Positions 29,736 to 40,365 are shown, counted from the stretch's first letter. The stretch is DNA of 64,000 nt from an uncultured virus (IMG/VR IMGVR_UViG_3300030339_000028) (IMGVR_UViG_3300030339_000028); one strand, 5' to 3'. The notes: generated by a model not told the origin, from the letters alone. Program-made: numbers and translations.

Positions 29736-30244
29736 TTGTATTCTGATTTAGCTAATTCCAACAGCCACAAAGCATCTGCCTCATTATCATTTTTACCTGG
29801 ATATTGAAGTAAACAATGAGCGGCAGCAATCATAGCAGGCTTTCCAGCATTACCTTTACCAGTAGCTTTTACTTTCATTTCCTTTGAGGAATATGCTCTA
29901 TAATTAATACCTAGATCTTCACAAACTACTTTAATCTGTCCCTGTAATTCTGACTGGACAATTATTGCACCTTTAAACTGTCCTCCAGGACGTTCAAATA
30001 CTACAAGATTAATTTTCTCTGAATTAATCACTTCGTGCATTTTAGATCTAAGTCTGATTAATCGCATACCTGCGGACTCGTCTCTCTTAGCAGTTAAATC
30101 CCAAACACCGTAGACTGTTCTTGATGTAGCCCATCCGCAATGTGTGGCAGGATCTATTGCTAAAATGTTGTAACTGCTTTTCTGATGCTGGGCATCTACT
30201 TTAGGTAATTCTGGATGTGGTGTTCTTGTTCTTTTACGTTCCAT
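29732..30244 (-). CDS. ruvC: RuvC-like Holliday junction resolvase
   Basis: ILAIDPA, VVFE, ATGKGNA.K and DNEADA; start set at ATG 30244 just after the upstream stop. Confidence 0.85.
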   Translation of the reverse strand: MERKRTRTPHPELPKVDAQHQKSSYNILAIDPATHCGWATSRTVYGVWDLTAKRDESAGMRLIRLRSKMHEVINSEKINLVVFERPGGQFKGAIIVQSELQGQIKVVCEDLGINYRAYSSKEMKVKATGKGNAGKPAMIAAAHCLLQYPGKNDNEADALWLLELAKSEYK

Positions 30245-30245
30245 C

Positions 30246-30791
30246 TTAAGTATTTTGTGATTTAGGTTTCCAATAATCTTTTTTGTCTGTGTCTTCAATT
30301 GTAATCATTCCTGAAATAGCAAAAGAGGTTTCACACCTTATAAACTCTGTGGAATTTATTTGTGTGCATTCAGTTATATAGGCATTAAAAGAAATCAACA
30401 TATCTTCTACTTGATTTATTTTACAATGAACAGCTTCATCCGATGCTAATAATTGGTGAGCATAGTAATTGTCCATGGTTCCTTTCATCATGTGAGATTG
30501 TCTTCCTTGAATATATTCATGTCCAACCTGTATAGGTTCAAAAGAAGAGGAAACCGTTGCTGAATATAAATTACAAATGTACTCTCCTTTTAAAGAATAT
30601 ATTTGAACCTCTCCTAATATTGCTTCTTCTTTATTAGGTCTTGTAACAATAGGAGTCGGAGTTTTTACCTCTGGAATAATTTTCTTAGGAACAATTGGTG
30701 CTTCTGCAGCTTGTATTTCTTGCAGTATTTTCGGAGATGCTGCAATAACACCTAAAGCAGCTAGGTTTCTAAAGAAGGATCTTCTTTCCAT
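30246..30791 (-). CDS. Twin-arginine-signal protein with tail-tube-like domain
   Basis: MERRSFFRNLAALG...; C-terminal domain resembles ORF 13082..13519 (see findings). Confidence 0.55.
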   Translation of the reverse strand: MERRSFFRNLAALGVIAASPKILQEIQAAEAPIVPKKIIPEVKTPTPIVTRPNKEEAILGEVQIYSLKGEYICNLYSATVSSSFEPIQVGHEYIQGRQSHMMKGTMDNYYAHQLLASDEAVHCKINQVEDMLISFNAYITECTQINSTEFIRCETSFAISGMITIEDTDKKDYWKPKSQNT

Positions 30792-31185
30792 ATTATTGGT
30801 ATTTTTGGTTTCTTAACTTCGTAACAAAGTGCATGAACAAGGCTTACTCTTTGGATGCCTATTTCCATCACTTTATATGTTTTTCTTTTAAATGCAACTT
30901 CTGATCCAACAAACAATTCTACCTTAGTATCGTCTGAGAATAGAAATTTGTTTTGTCTTTCTTTAAGTTTGTTTTCCTGGACAACATAGTAGTTGATTGT
31001 CATTTGTAGGTTTTAGGCTGTTCGTATTCTTAATAATCTACGATGAGGAAGTTCTTTTTGATTTTGTGATATGTTGTACTTTACCAATTCATTTTTAATG
31101 TTCCTGATAGGGTCTATGTCATCTACAGTAACTTTATCAATAAAAGAAGTAAATCCTTCTATCACAAGACATTTGTAAGTTCTTC

Positions 31186-31476
31186 TCATCTTACCCAGGT
31201 TAAATTGTAAGGTATTGGTTTTTTCTGTTTATATTTAATAGATGGTAGACAAATGTTCCATTGATTGCCATACATCTTATATCTGACGTAGTACTTGCCT
31301 TTTTTTGACACTCTAAAAATGTAATAATAATTAGGCAGTGGACAAGGAAACCAATTTACGGAATCCAAGGCACGTTCTAGAGTCATTAATTTAAACAATG
31401 CAGGAGGATTGTACTGGATCAAATAACCTATTGTCCAGCACAATCCTTCTGTAGACTTTTTTCTTGTCCGTATCAT
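31186..31476 (-). CDS. Hypothetical protein
   Basis: 96-aa ORF starting MIRTRKK. Confidence 0.5.
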   Translation of the reverse strand: MIRTRKKSTEGLCWTIGYLIQYNPPALFKLMTLERALDSVNWFPCPLPNYYYIFRVSKKGKYYVRYKMYGNQWNICLPSIKYKQKKPIPYNLTWVR

Positions 31477-31628
31477 TCTACAAAGAATTTAAAAACAAAC
31501 CTTGCAGAATTGAAAGCCATAAAAAGCATAAATCCGTAAACATAAAGAAGAACAGCATACAATACAGCATCCATAATGAAGTTCTTCCTTCTTTGAAACC
31601 ACGTAGCACTATTCTTTGTCAACATAAC

Positions 31629-32681
31629 TTATCTCTTTTTAGGTTCTCTGACTTGTTCAAACTTAGCCTCAATTTCCTCCCAAAGATCAATAACTTGTTC
31701 TTTAAGTTCTTTTTCGAGACTTTGTTTCTCAACCATCTTAATTGATTCTTCCAACGAAGCAGTCAATTTAGCACCATTTACCGTATATGTGGTATTCTTG
31801 GTAAAGTTTTTAATGTACTGTAAATTGGCACGAATGTCATCGATACCATAGTCAAATAAGATGTAAAGTGGAGCAGTATGATAAGGTTTCCAAATACTTG
31901 ATTTATAAACTTCTACCTCTACCTCAATCCCCATTACCCTGGAAACTTCCTTACCTACGACTTTTTGTTTGTCTTTGATTTTAGAAGGTTTGGTAAACTT
32001 TAATCTCAAAGAGGAATAGAATCCCACAGACACTCCGCCAGGTGTAGAATACTTTTCTCCGTAAGGTCCAGCGTCAGCATTCTGTCTAATTTGATTGCTA
32101 CAAACCATAATATAGTTTTTCTCAGCAATAACGCGACAAAATTTACGAAGTTGTTCGCTGAAATCCTTTGCACGTTTCATTCCCATTTTATCGCCCTCTA
32201 CCTTTTCCATTTCTAGTTCGGTAGATAATGCAGCAAGGGAGTCAGCAAAAATTCCATTAATAGCTTTCTTTTTAGTAGGAGCAGGTTCCCAGGAGTTTGC
32301 AGATTTGAAAAGCTCAACAACTGTATCTGGTCTACTGTACCCTTGTTCAGTTAATGTTAAACCAAACATGGAAGCGAACTGTTGATTAAGTCTTGCTTCG
32401 GGATCAGCAAACATTATATCCCCACCTTTTCTTTGTACGGCACCGGCAATCTCTGACAGTAGTACTGTCTTGCCCGACCCTGAGGGCCCAAACGCCTCTA
32501 CAAATATACCTCCGGGCAAGCCTCCTCCTCTAATTCTCCCCCCTGATATGGCTAAATCAAGCAAGGTACTGCCCGTGCTTAATACAGTCCCAAAGTCACC
32601 ATCGTATTCTTTCTTTTCTTTAACTTCTTCTTTTACTCTTTGTCTCATTTGACTGGATAATGTGGTTCTACTTCGTTCCAT
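31629..32681 (-). CDS. recA: RecA/UvsX-like recombinase
   Basis: STGSTLLDLAI, GPSGSGKT, DPE, DSLAAL, NQIR and TPGG motifs. Confidence 0.92.
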   Translation of the reverse strand: MERSRTTLSSQMRQRVKEEVKEKKEYDGDFGTVLSTGSTLLDLAISGGRIRGGGLPGGIFVEAFGPSGSGKTVLLSEIAGAVQRKGGDIMFADPEARLNQQFASMFGLTLTEQGYSRPDTVVELFKSANSWEPAPTKKKAINGIFADSLAALSTELEMEKVEGDKMGMKRAKDFSEQLRKFCRVIAEKNYIMVCSNQIRQNADAGPYGEKYSTPGGVSVGFYSSLRLKFTKPSKIKDKQKVVGKEVSRVMGIEVEVEVYKSSIWKPYHTAPLYILFDYGIDDIRANLQYIKNFTKNTTYTVNGAKLTASLEESIKMVEKQSLEKELKEQVIDLWEEIEAKFEQVREPKKR

Positions 32682-33030
32682 TATTGAAATTTATTAAAAT
32701 AGATTTGATTGTGTCTTCCGATAAACCTTTCCATTCTAACTCTGCAATCAACTCTTCCTTAAATATGCGAATTAATGTACCACTATCTTTAGCTTTTTTT
32801 AATTTCCAAAGTGTAAGACATCTATCAGATATTTTAGTAATGAGTTTTTCTTTGTCAATTCCAGCTTCCCATTTCTCAACAAGACTGATGATTAATTTTG
32901 TCTTGGAAGATCCGTTTGCCAAAGAATACAAATTTAATGTATTCGCAAGACCCGGGGGCAATTTTACCCCCAGGTGTTTTGCACTATTTAAGTCTTTGCA
33001 TTCTTTATGGAATACTTTTAAAATTGGCAT
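32668..33030 (-). CDS. Hypothetical protein (possible ribbon-helix-helix DNA binder)
   Basis: HLGVKLP...LNLYS...SKTKLII pattern. Confidence 0.4.
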   Translation of the reverse strand: MPILKVFHKECKDLNSAKHLGVKLPPGLANTLNLYSLANGSSKTKLIISLVEKWEAGIDKEKLITKISDRCLTLWKLKKAKDSGTLIRIFKEELIAELEWKGLSEDTIKSILINFNNGTK

Positions 33031-33033
33031 GAT

Positions 33034-34500
33034 TTATTTCTTTTTAGACTCTTTTGCATCTAAGCAATCATCCCAAAGAGGACAATCATTACAATCTTTA
33101 AACTTGTCGGTATCTACTCCGAACTGATGTTTGTTTGGACACTTTTCTTTAGAAGGGGAGGTCTTCTTCTTCTCCTCCTTTTCCTCCTTTACTTTTTTTT
33201 TACCTCCTTTTTCCTCAGCTACTTTCTTTGCCTTAGGAACTTCAATGTTCAACTCTTTTGCAATAGCTTTACGCAAAGACAGAAGATCGTCATCATAATC
33301 TTTAGCCTTAGTTGTAAGTTTGCCTTCTTTGCAAAGAGTTTTCATGTCGTTGTAAGACATCTCTTCCAACATTTCCCAAGACAATTCCGGTGCATCATCA
33401 TCATCGTCGTCATCGTCATCGTCCTCTGTCTCAACAGGCTTTGCAGATTCAAGGATTGCAAGCATTTCTGTCTTTAACAGTTTCTTTTTGGTAATTGTTT
33501 TGAGTGTTTTCATATGCTTTTTGAAAACATCGTCACTTTTAGCAATCTCCAACAGCATTTCCACATCCTCAGCTTCTCCGATAGCATCTTCCAAAGACAT
33601 ATCTTCTGCAGCTTCCTTTTCCGGTTCTTCCTCAGGTTCCTCTTCTACTTTTTTCTTTTTACGATCAGATTTTTCTTCCTTTTCCGGTTTAGAATCCTTC
33701 TTGTCTTTCTTTTTGTCCTTTTTTGGAGCGTCATCATTATCATCCTTGCCAATGTCCTCAGGATCCATTTCCAGGAATTTTGCATCAAGCTCAGCATAAG
33801 TCAAAATCTTTAAGACTTTGTCCAAATTTGGAACGTCTTTTAGAATGTCTTCACTGTAAGGCTTTTTCCTTTTCTCAAAGTCAATCCTGCTTGCTTCTGC
33901 AAACGGTTTAGACGACCCAATTGTAGAACTGTCAAAACGTATTTTTAAAGATAAACCTTCTTCGAGGTCTGGGAACACTTGGTAGTCCTCATCCTCTTCC
34001 AACTCGTCGTTTAACAAGTTTTGGAACAAGTATTGACTGATGTCCATGAGATACGGTTTAACTTCGTGCTCTTTGCTATCCAAAGGAATAACTGCATAAA
34101 GAACTCTCAAAGACTGTTTCAATGCAGCAAGTTCTTCTTTGTCTGCACCGGCAGCTTGTCTTTTAGCTCTGTATTCACAAATCGGACATTTTTTACCAAT
34201 AGAGGCAAGACACACAACCGTATCCTCATCAGAACCGATTTTCTTGTGTACCTTGTATGGGCGTTTGTACCACAATGTTCCAACAACTGCAATGTCCAAA
34301 TCCGCATTTTTGTCTGGATGTTTCTCATCCGTTACTTCATAAGGCATGAAGTCCAATTTAACTTTACTTCCAGGTTTAGGACTGAATACACTTACACCTT
34401 TTGGTAACATTAAGTGACCGTAAGAAGACCCTTGTGATTGCTGTCTTTTTGAATCACTAGCTACTTTACCTCTGAAACTACTCTTTTTACCTTTTGCCAT
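33034..34500 (-). CDS. Single-stranded DNA-binding protein (T4 gp32-like) with long acidic/basic extension
   Basis: YKVH...VVC....KKCPICE zinc site; between UvsY-like and RecA genes; D/E/K-rich tail ending in a Cys cluster. Confidence 0.7.
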   Translation of the reverse strand: MAKGKKSSFRGKVASDSKRQQSQGSSYGHLMLPKGVSVFSPKPGSKVKLDFMPYEVTDEKHPDKNADLDIAVVGTLWYKRPYKVHKKIGSDEDTVVCLASIGKKCPICEYRAKRQAAGADKEELAALKQSLRVLYAVIPLDSKEHEVKPYLMDISQYLFQNLLNDELEEDEDYQVFPDLEEGLSLKIRFDSSTIGSSKPFAEASRIDFEKRKKPYSEDILKDVPNLDKVLKILTYAELDAKFLEMDPEDIGKDDNDDAPKKDKKKDKKDSKPEKEEKSDRKKKKVEEEPEEEPEKEAAEDMSLEDAIGEAEDVEMLLEIAKSDDVFKKHMKTLKTITKKKLLKTEMLAILESAKPVETEDDDDDDDDDDAPELSWEMLEEMSYNDMKTLCKEGKLTTKAKDYDDDLLSLRKAIAKELNIEVPKAKKVAEEKGGKKKVKEEKEEKKKTSPSKEKCPNKHQFGVDTDKFKDCNDCPLWDDCLDAKESKKK

Positions 34501-34525
34501 TTGTTTTTAATTTAAAAAATTAACA

Positions 34526-35029
34526 CTATTTTTCTCTTTTACGATTATTGAATTTACTTGCAACTTTCTCATCAGAAGACTTTTGTTTCTCTTCTTGTTC
34601 CCAACCTCTGTTAAGCATTTTAGGAACATTAGGTCCAGAGAAGTATCCTGATAGATAAAGTTTAACCAGACCTTCTAAAGAATCCTTTTTATGCTCTAGA
34701 GCACGGACAGCACCTTTAGCCATGTCTGCTTCATACTTTGCTTGTAGATATAATCCGTTGTCTTCGGTATAACTACCTTGAACAATTATTGCAGCAAATA
34801 CAGAACCTTCAGTAAGTTTTTCAATCTCATATTGTTGAGGATCTTTTCTAATTGCTTTGTCTAATCCAGCTTTGGTAACATCTAGTTTCTCTTTTGCTCG
34901 ATCAACTTCTCTGTTAGCCTTTGCAGCAAGTTTGGTGTACTTCATCATTAAAGATGATTGACGCAACCATTCGAGATCTAGTGCGTCAGGATTTATGTCT
35001 AAATCCTCTTTGTAATTGAGTTTACCCAT
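34526..35029 (-). CDS. Recombination mediator (UvsY-like) helical protein
   Basis: All-helical 167 aa with DL.I....LD.E...Q...Y and ALEHKKD.L; adjacent to SSB. Confidence 0.5.
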   Translation of the reverse strand: MGKLNYKEDLDINPDALDLEWLRQSSLMMKYTKLAAKANREVDRAKEKLDVTKAGLDKAIRKDPQQYEIEKLTEGSVFAAIIVQGSYTEDNGLYLQAKYEADMAKGAVRALEHKKDSLEGLVKLYLSGYFSGPNVPKMLNRGWEQEEKQKSSDEKVASKFNNRKREK

Positions 35030-35103
35030 AATTTATGATTTTAGGATTGGTATGCAATATAATAAAAATAAAATTAACAAACAAGGATTTTTTACAAAAT
35101 ATT

Positions 35104-36042
35104 TTATCCTTTAATTACTTGTAGACAATTGTATGTGAGTTGTGGAAATCCGTTTGTAAAGTTAGGTTCCATAAAACACTCTAAAACCAGAGCACATTGC
35201 TCATCCCATTTGTTTAAAAGTATTGCTTGAGCATAACCTAACACAACCCTTCTGATTCCTTCAGGATCCTCTGTCTTAAGACCTCTTAAAACAGAATTAA
35301 CCTGTTGCCAATTAGATCCTTTTTTTGTCAATAATCTGGCAAGCTCTATTGCCTGAGATTGTATTGCTGCCTGTTGTTTAGCAGTTTCCAATCTGTCATC
35401 CTTATCAGCAGCAAGTACTTTTTCAAGTATGTTGATTGCAGCTCTAGGATGTCCAAGACTGTCTTGTATGATTTGTTCATACACTTCTTTGTCAACTTTC
35501 TCATCCTCAGCTTTAACAATACTTTTCAACAATCCCTTCATTTCTGTATCAGAAAGCACTTTAACCTGGAACTCTTGACACCTGCTTTTTACTGCCGGTA
35601 TTAATTTGTTAGGTTCTGTTGTACACAGAATGAAGTAAATGTGATCTGGAGTATCCTCAAGTATCTTTAATGAAGCATTCTGAGCATCATTTGTCCACTT
35701 ATGAACCTCATCAATTAAATACACTTTGCATCTGCCTGATGTTGGAGCATATTGTGAAGACTTAATAATGTCCCTAACAGAATCAATACCTCTAAAATCT
35801 GAGGAATTTATCTCTGTTAAATCATTACCTTTGCAACCTAATTTACTGGCCAGTATTCTTCCTAATGTTGTCTTTCCTGTACCTGTTTCTCCATGAAATA
35901 AAAATACATGAGGACAGGTGCTAGAATGAAGTACCATTTTATCTAAAATAGAAATTATTTCAGACTGACCTTTTACTTCTAAAAAAGATGTAGGACGATA
36001 TCTAATGTATAAAGGACCCACATTTGATTTTTCTTGATTCAT
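35104..36042 (-). CDS. dnaX: Clamp loader AAA+ subunit (DNA Pol III gamma/tau-like)
   Basis: YRP..F.EV.GQ, GETGTGKTT, IDEVH, LKILED and SRC motifs. Confidence 0.88.
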   Translation of the reverse strand: MNQEKSNVGPLYIRYRPTSFLEVKGQSEIISILDKMVLHSSTCPHVFLFHGETGTGKTTLGRILASKLGCKGNDLTEINSSDFRGIDSVRDIIKSSQYAPTSGRCKVYLIDEVHKWTNDAQNASLKILEDTPDHIYFILCTTEPNKLIPAVKSRCQEFQVKVLSDTEMKGLLKSIVKAEDEKVDKEVYEQIIQDSLGHPRAAINILEKVLAADKDDRLETAKQQAAIQSQAIELARLLTKKGSNWQQVNSVLRGLKTEDPEGIRRVVLGYAQAILLNKWDEQCALVLECFMEPNFTNGFPQLTYNCLQVIKG

Positions 36043-36886
36043 AATTAAATTTTATTAATTCTTGATAAAACTGTTGATGATATTCTCTATTATAGTTTGC
36101 TCTTACATTACAACTGACACATAAAGTAATCAAATTTTGATTATCACAATTTTTCTTGTTGTAATCTATGTGATGTACTGTTAGTGTGTCTGTAACATTT
36201 TTACAATTTACATTCTGACAAACATAACCGTCTCTTTCCTTAATTTCTAATCTCTTATCTTTATTCCAATCAGAAGAGTAAGGTAGTCTACCTATCCCAC
36301 CCTTCCAATTAGGATGTTTCTCATTTTTATTTCCAAACTTCTTTTTTTCTTCTTCAGAGTAAATTTTACCGTAATTAGGATTTAAAGATCCTATTTTTCT
36401 TAAACTACATTTTAAGATTGTTTCTTTACTATGACATCTACCTTTTCCAGAGTCACTTATTTTCTTTTTTGTTTCTTCTGTATGTAATATTCCTAATCTT
36501 GCATTTTTACAAATTGTTAAAGAATCCCCTTTATGAACCTTTCCATAAAAAGGGTTATTTTCTCCTTTACGAGATTCGCTTCTTTGTCTATATTGATCTT
36601 CCGTTAAATTTAAAGACACTCCTTTCTTAGAATTTGATATATTTAATCTGTGTGTTTCAGAAAGCTTTCTTCCTTTTAAAGAATCACTTATATTTTTACA
36701 AGATTCTACAGATCTCTTCTTTCCCTTATTTGAGACACTTCTTTTCAATTTTTGTTCGATGGACAATCCTGTGTAGATTCTATTATTACCAGTGTGGTGG
36801 TTAAAATTGTGCCCAGAAAGAAACCTTCTTCCTAAATTAATATACCCTCCGCATCCACAAGCACACATCGGTTTTAATTCATTCAT
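36002..36886 (-). CDS. HNH homing endonuclease with NUMOD3 repeats
   Basis: CACGCG, H.EETKKKIS repeats, HPNWKGG, RDGYVCQ, VHHIDY, NLITLC..C. Confidence 0.88.
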   Translation of the reverse strand: MNELKPMCACGCGGYINLGRRFLSGHNFNHHTGNNRIYTGLSIEQKLKRSVSNKGKKRSVESCKNISDSLKGRKLSETHRLNISNSKKGVSLNLTEDQYRQRSESRKGENNPFYGKVHKGDSLTICKNARLGILHTEETKKKISDSGKGRCHSKETILKCSLRKIGSLNPNYGKIYSEEEKKKFGNKNEKHPNWKGGIGRLPYSSDWNKDKRLEIKERDGYVCQNVNCKNVTDTLTVHHIDYNKKNCDNQNLITLCVSCNVRANYNREYHQQFYQELIKFNYESRKIKCGSFIH

Positions 36887-37121
36887 GTTGTTTAAAATTT
36901 AGTTTTTTTAATTGATAAGTAGTCATTTTTTTACAGGCATGAAGTCCGAAATTATAATATCCCATAAAACAAGGTTGTGGAAGTTGAGGTCCAATGTGAT
37001 TTGGACAATACTGTTTCCTTACAGCAGCCTCATACAAGACATACTCATACCCGTATTTATAAACAGAAATAATCTCTCGTCCATCTTCCGTAAATTTAAG
37101 GTTAGCCATAGTAGTAAGGTT

Positions 37122-38504
37122 TTAGTCTTTTATTTTCTCTGCAAAACTACCGTCTATTGGGTATTCTGCTATTTCGATTTCCATTGGTACAATAATCCAC
37201 TCAAATGCTTTTGGTAACTCTTTTGTTAAAATTTGATTAATGGTTTCTTTAATGTAGTCTTTTTCTGACGGATGCACATCTAAGACAATACTGTCATGGA
37301 TTTGTCCGACAAGTTTTGTATCCCATTTCTCTTTCTGCATCCTAGCATCTGAAGCAATAAAACTCCAAAGCAATGAATGGAAAGCAGATCCTTGTCCTGG
37401 GTAATTGCATACTTGTTTCTTGTCCATCAAACCAACACATCGGAATCCTGTAGGTATGTCAAAATACCCTTTCTTTTGATACTTTTTCCACCATTTGTCT
37501 TTCCACTCTGCATACTCAATAAATCTGTTACCCCAAAAGTCTTCCTCAGTCATTTTAACATGTTGAACAAATTTATCAAAGTTAGTTAAGTCTTGAGATA
37601 TTAAATGATCAGACAATTTAGCATCCCCAATTGGTATGCCCATCCCAGGTTTCCATTTCCCTTTTGGAAGCTCTCCCCAATGCCCGACTAAACCTTCAGC
37701 ACAATTTTTATAATAACTCCCATAAAACTCTGGAAACACGAAAGCGTTTTTCGCAGCCTGTCGCAACACCCCATGCCCAGTAATACTTTTATCTAGCTTA
37801 TCTAGTTTAAAGAGCTGCTCAGCCATGTCTCCGTGCATGTCAGTTGTAGGATCCTCAATGTACTTTATTAAGTTTTTGTCTTTGTTTATACAGGCATTTG
37901 AACGTACTTCAATCCCACTAAAGTCAGCCTCCATTAACATGTGTCCAGGTCTTGGATAAATTGCAGACCGAACAATCTTCATAGCCTCTTTGTCTCTGTT
38001 AGGCATATTTTGGAAGTTCGGGCTATCAGAACTGCTTCTAAATGTTTGTGCAAGGTGCAAGTTAAACACAGGATGGATGTACCCGTTGACTTGTTCTCGT
38101 TCAATTCCGTTTAAATAATCCCGAAGTTTTTTAAGCTGCTTTTTCTTTAGTAGCTCATTTAACTCTGGGATATTTAATTCCTTCATTGTTTCATCATTCG
38201 TAGATCCCTTCCCGCTTTTAGTTTCTCTTGGAGGTTTAATTCCTTTAGTCTTGTACAGAAAGTCTGCAAGCTGATCTCCACTATTGACGTTTATTGCTTT
38301 GGTAGAGGATTTAGTCCAGTCCTTAAAAAATGTAGTCTTTTTAAAGTCTGCATCTATACGTTCCATTTCAGAAGTCAAATACTCCTTTGTCTTAATAATG
38401 TAAGGCACGTCAACTCTCAATCCTTGTTGCTCTGCCCTAGATAAAGCCAGTACTCCGTCATGGAGTAGTTTATAGGCTTGAGGTGTTGTTGGACTAACAT
38501 TCAT
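37122..38504 (-). CDS. polA: Family A DNA polymerase, polymerase domain
   Basis: RSSSDSPNFQN, ADFSGIE (motif A), RQAAK...F...YG (motif B), QIHDS (motif C). Confidence 0.92.
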   Translation of the reverse strand: MNVSPTTPQAYKLLHDGVLALSRAEQQGLRVDVPYIIKTKEYLTSEMERIDADFKKTTFFKDWTKSSTKAINVNSGDQLADFLYKTKGIKPPRETKSGKGSTNDETMKELNIPELNELLKKKQLKKLRDYLNGIEREQVNGYIHPVFNLHLAQTFRSSSDSPNFQNMPNRDKEAMKIVRSAIYPRPGHMLMEADFSGIEVRSNACINKDKNLIKYIEDPTTDMHGDMAEQLFKLDKLDKSITGHGVLRQAAKNAFVFPEFYGSYYKNCAEGLVGHWGELPKGKWKPGMGIPIGDAKLSDHLISQDLTNFDKFVQHVKMTEEDFWGNRFIEYAEWKDKWWKKYQKKGYFDIPTGFRCVGLMDKKQVCNYPGQGSAFHSLLWSFIASDARMQKEKWDTKLVGQIHDSIVLDVHPSEKDYIKETINQILTKELPKAFEWIIVPMEIEIAEYPIDGSFAEKIKD

Positions 38505-38772
38505 GAAATTCTATTTGTTTTAGGTTTGCAGCTTTTACAATTTTAAAGAATCTTCTTTCTGCCTTTTTCCTGTCCAAGCAACTAGGCATTGTCTGAGCAT
38601 ACTGTAATTTATTCTCTTCTATACGTTTAAGACATTTCTGGTACGCTTGTTCATTACTCTCATGAGGATGACAAAGAAGCACAATAAAATTAGTACCTGG
38701 AAACATTGGGTAATTCCAATCCACTAATCTAATGTCTATTTTTTTAATTGTACATTTCATTACTGTTTTCAT
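38494..38772 (-). CDS. Hypothetical protein between the two polymerase halves
   Basis: 92-aa ORF overlapping both neighbours. Confidence 0.55.
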   Translation of the reverse strand: MKTVMKCTIKKIDIRLVDWNYPMFPGTNFIVLLCHPHESNEQAYQKCLKRIEENKLQYAQTMPSCLDRKKAERRFFKIVKAANLKQIEFHEC

Positions 38773-39977
38773 GGTATTAGACTTTTTTGTAACATTGCTA
38801 ATCTAAACTCATAAATAGAATCATAACCGCAGTAAATCAATAACTTTTCTTCCCCTCCCGGTATTTTAAGAAGTTCATCAATTTTATTAATTGCATTACC
38901 GTTATCATTGTCATCCGCTTTTAAATAAGGAGCAACTTCAGAAGCATAATCAACAACTCCGAATCTAACATACGTTTGGAACTTTACATTTGTGATTGAG
39001 GATCTGTTGTCTAAACAATGTGTCATTAACATTGTGTCCATGTGCCAATTGACTACAGGAGTCTTTAAACGTACACTAGACCATGTTTCCTCAAATTTCA
39101 TATTCTGTGCAATTTTCCTGACTTTAGGATTTAAAAGGAAATCAACAAAAGGCTGTCTTCCGTTCTTTGTCTTAGGCATCATAAATACATACGCAAAATC
39201 TTCACTGGTAGCAATAGAGCAACAAACAATACGGTGTCCTGGAGCATGAGGTTTGATGCCTGTTGTTTCATAATCAAATGCAGCAGTACCTCTGATCTTA
39301 GACAGTACGGACAAATCTTCAATAATTTTGATAGTAGGTTCTTTGTGTACAGGAAAAGGAACATCTAGACATTTGATTGCCTCTTTTAAATCCTCTTTCC
39401 AAATTACTGTCAATTCATCCCTTTGCCATTGATACACTTGCTTAGGTTCATAAGTTGGGCAAACCCAACATTTATAATCTTGATCAGGGATAGTCCAGCC
39501 CCGCCACTTGTCAATTTTATCTAAGTCCTTCTTCCAACGATGTCCTATGAGGCTGAATAAAGCTGAATTCCCGAGGATAATTATTAGCTTAGGCTTTTTA
39601 TCCTCTATTAACTTTAAAAGCGTTTTTCGGCAGCATTCTACCTCATAATTAGTTGGTATGCGGCAACTGTTTTCCTTGTCCTCAACATAGCAGCGGCAAG
39701 CATTAATGCTCAAGCAATCTTTAAAAAGATCAACACCTAGATTTTCTAAAGTCCTTTCTAACAGTACACCGTATCTGCTTTGGAAAGGTTTACCTACTCT
39801 ATCATCAATCTTTTCTATTCCGGAACCTACAATAAGGATTTCTTTCTCAAAATCCCCGAAAGCTTCCATCCTAGAATGATCACAAGTTTTATAGGCTCCA
39901 CATGCAATGCAGGTATATTTCCTACCTCCTGGACGATCTTTAGATTCTGTTTCTTTTTGTGAAAAGAAGCCGGTCAT
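38769..39977 (-). CDS. Family-4 UDG-like domain fused to 3'-5' exonuclease (N-terminal half of a SPO1-type DNA polymerase)
   Basis: CIAC, GKPF, NACRC, P...EVECC and PKLIIILGN (UDG-F4); AFDYETTG, QNMKFE and YCGYD (Exo I-III). Confidence 0.85.
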   Translation of the reverse strand: MTGFFSQKETESKDRPGGRKYTCIACGAYKTCDHSRMEAFGDFEKEILIVGSGIEKIDDRVGKPFQSRYGVLLERTLENLGVDLFKDCLSINACRCYVEDKENSCRIPTNYEVECCRKTLLKLIEDKKPKLIIILGNSALFSLIGHRWKKDLDKIDKWRGWTIPDQDYKCWVCPTYEPKQVYQWQRDELTVIWKEDLKEAIKCLDVPFPVHKEPTIKIIEDLSVLSKIRGTAAFDYETTGIKPHAPGHRIVCCSIATSEDFAYVFMMPKTKNGRQPFVDFLLNPKVRKIAQNMKFEETWSSVRLKTPVVNWHMDTMLMTHCLDNRSSITNVKFQTYVRFGVVDYASEVAPYLKADDNDNGNAINKIDELLKIPGGEEKLLIYCGYDSIYEFRLAMLQKSLIP

Positions 39978-40365
39978 TTATGTATGCTTTTGGATTGTTT
40001 AACTCTGATTTTATTTGCCCAGCGTGCCAAACGACTTTTTGTGTCCATAGGTAAAAATACAGAATCTTTATCACCTAAAACCTCTTCTGCTTCTTTTTGC
40101 AAATTGTCCGGAACAGGGGTAAACTTCTCAAATTCAGGATCATTTATATCAGGACGTTCCCTTCTTAGTTCATTGGTTTCTACATTCATGATTGTTTATT
40201 TTGTCGTTAAATTTCTTACACTCTTTGCAGGTTAACTTATTGATGTGCTCATGCAGACATAATTTGTCAAATTCTTCTTCTATTCGTTTTAATGTTTGCA
40301 TTCCTGGTAGGGATAATTTTTCGTTATCTCTAAGAACTTGGAAGTATTTCTTTGCGTGGTTCATT

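Noticed and set aside
38494..38772. Group I intron splitting the DNA polymerase
   Set aside because: The gap is fully occupied by a short ORF overlapping both halves, with no recognisable P/Q/R/S core; each half has its own start and stop.
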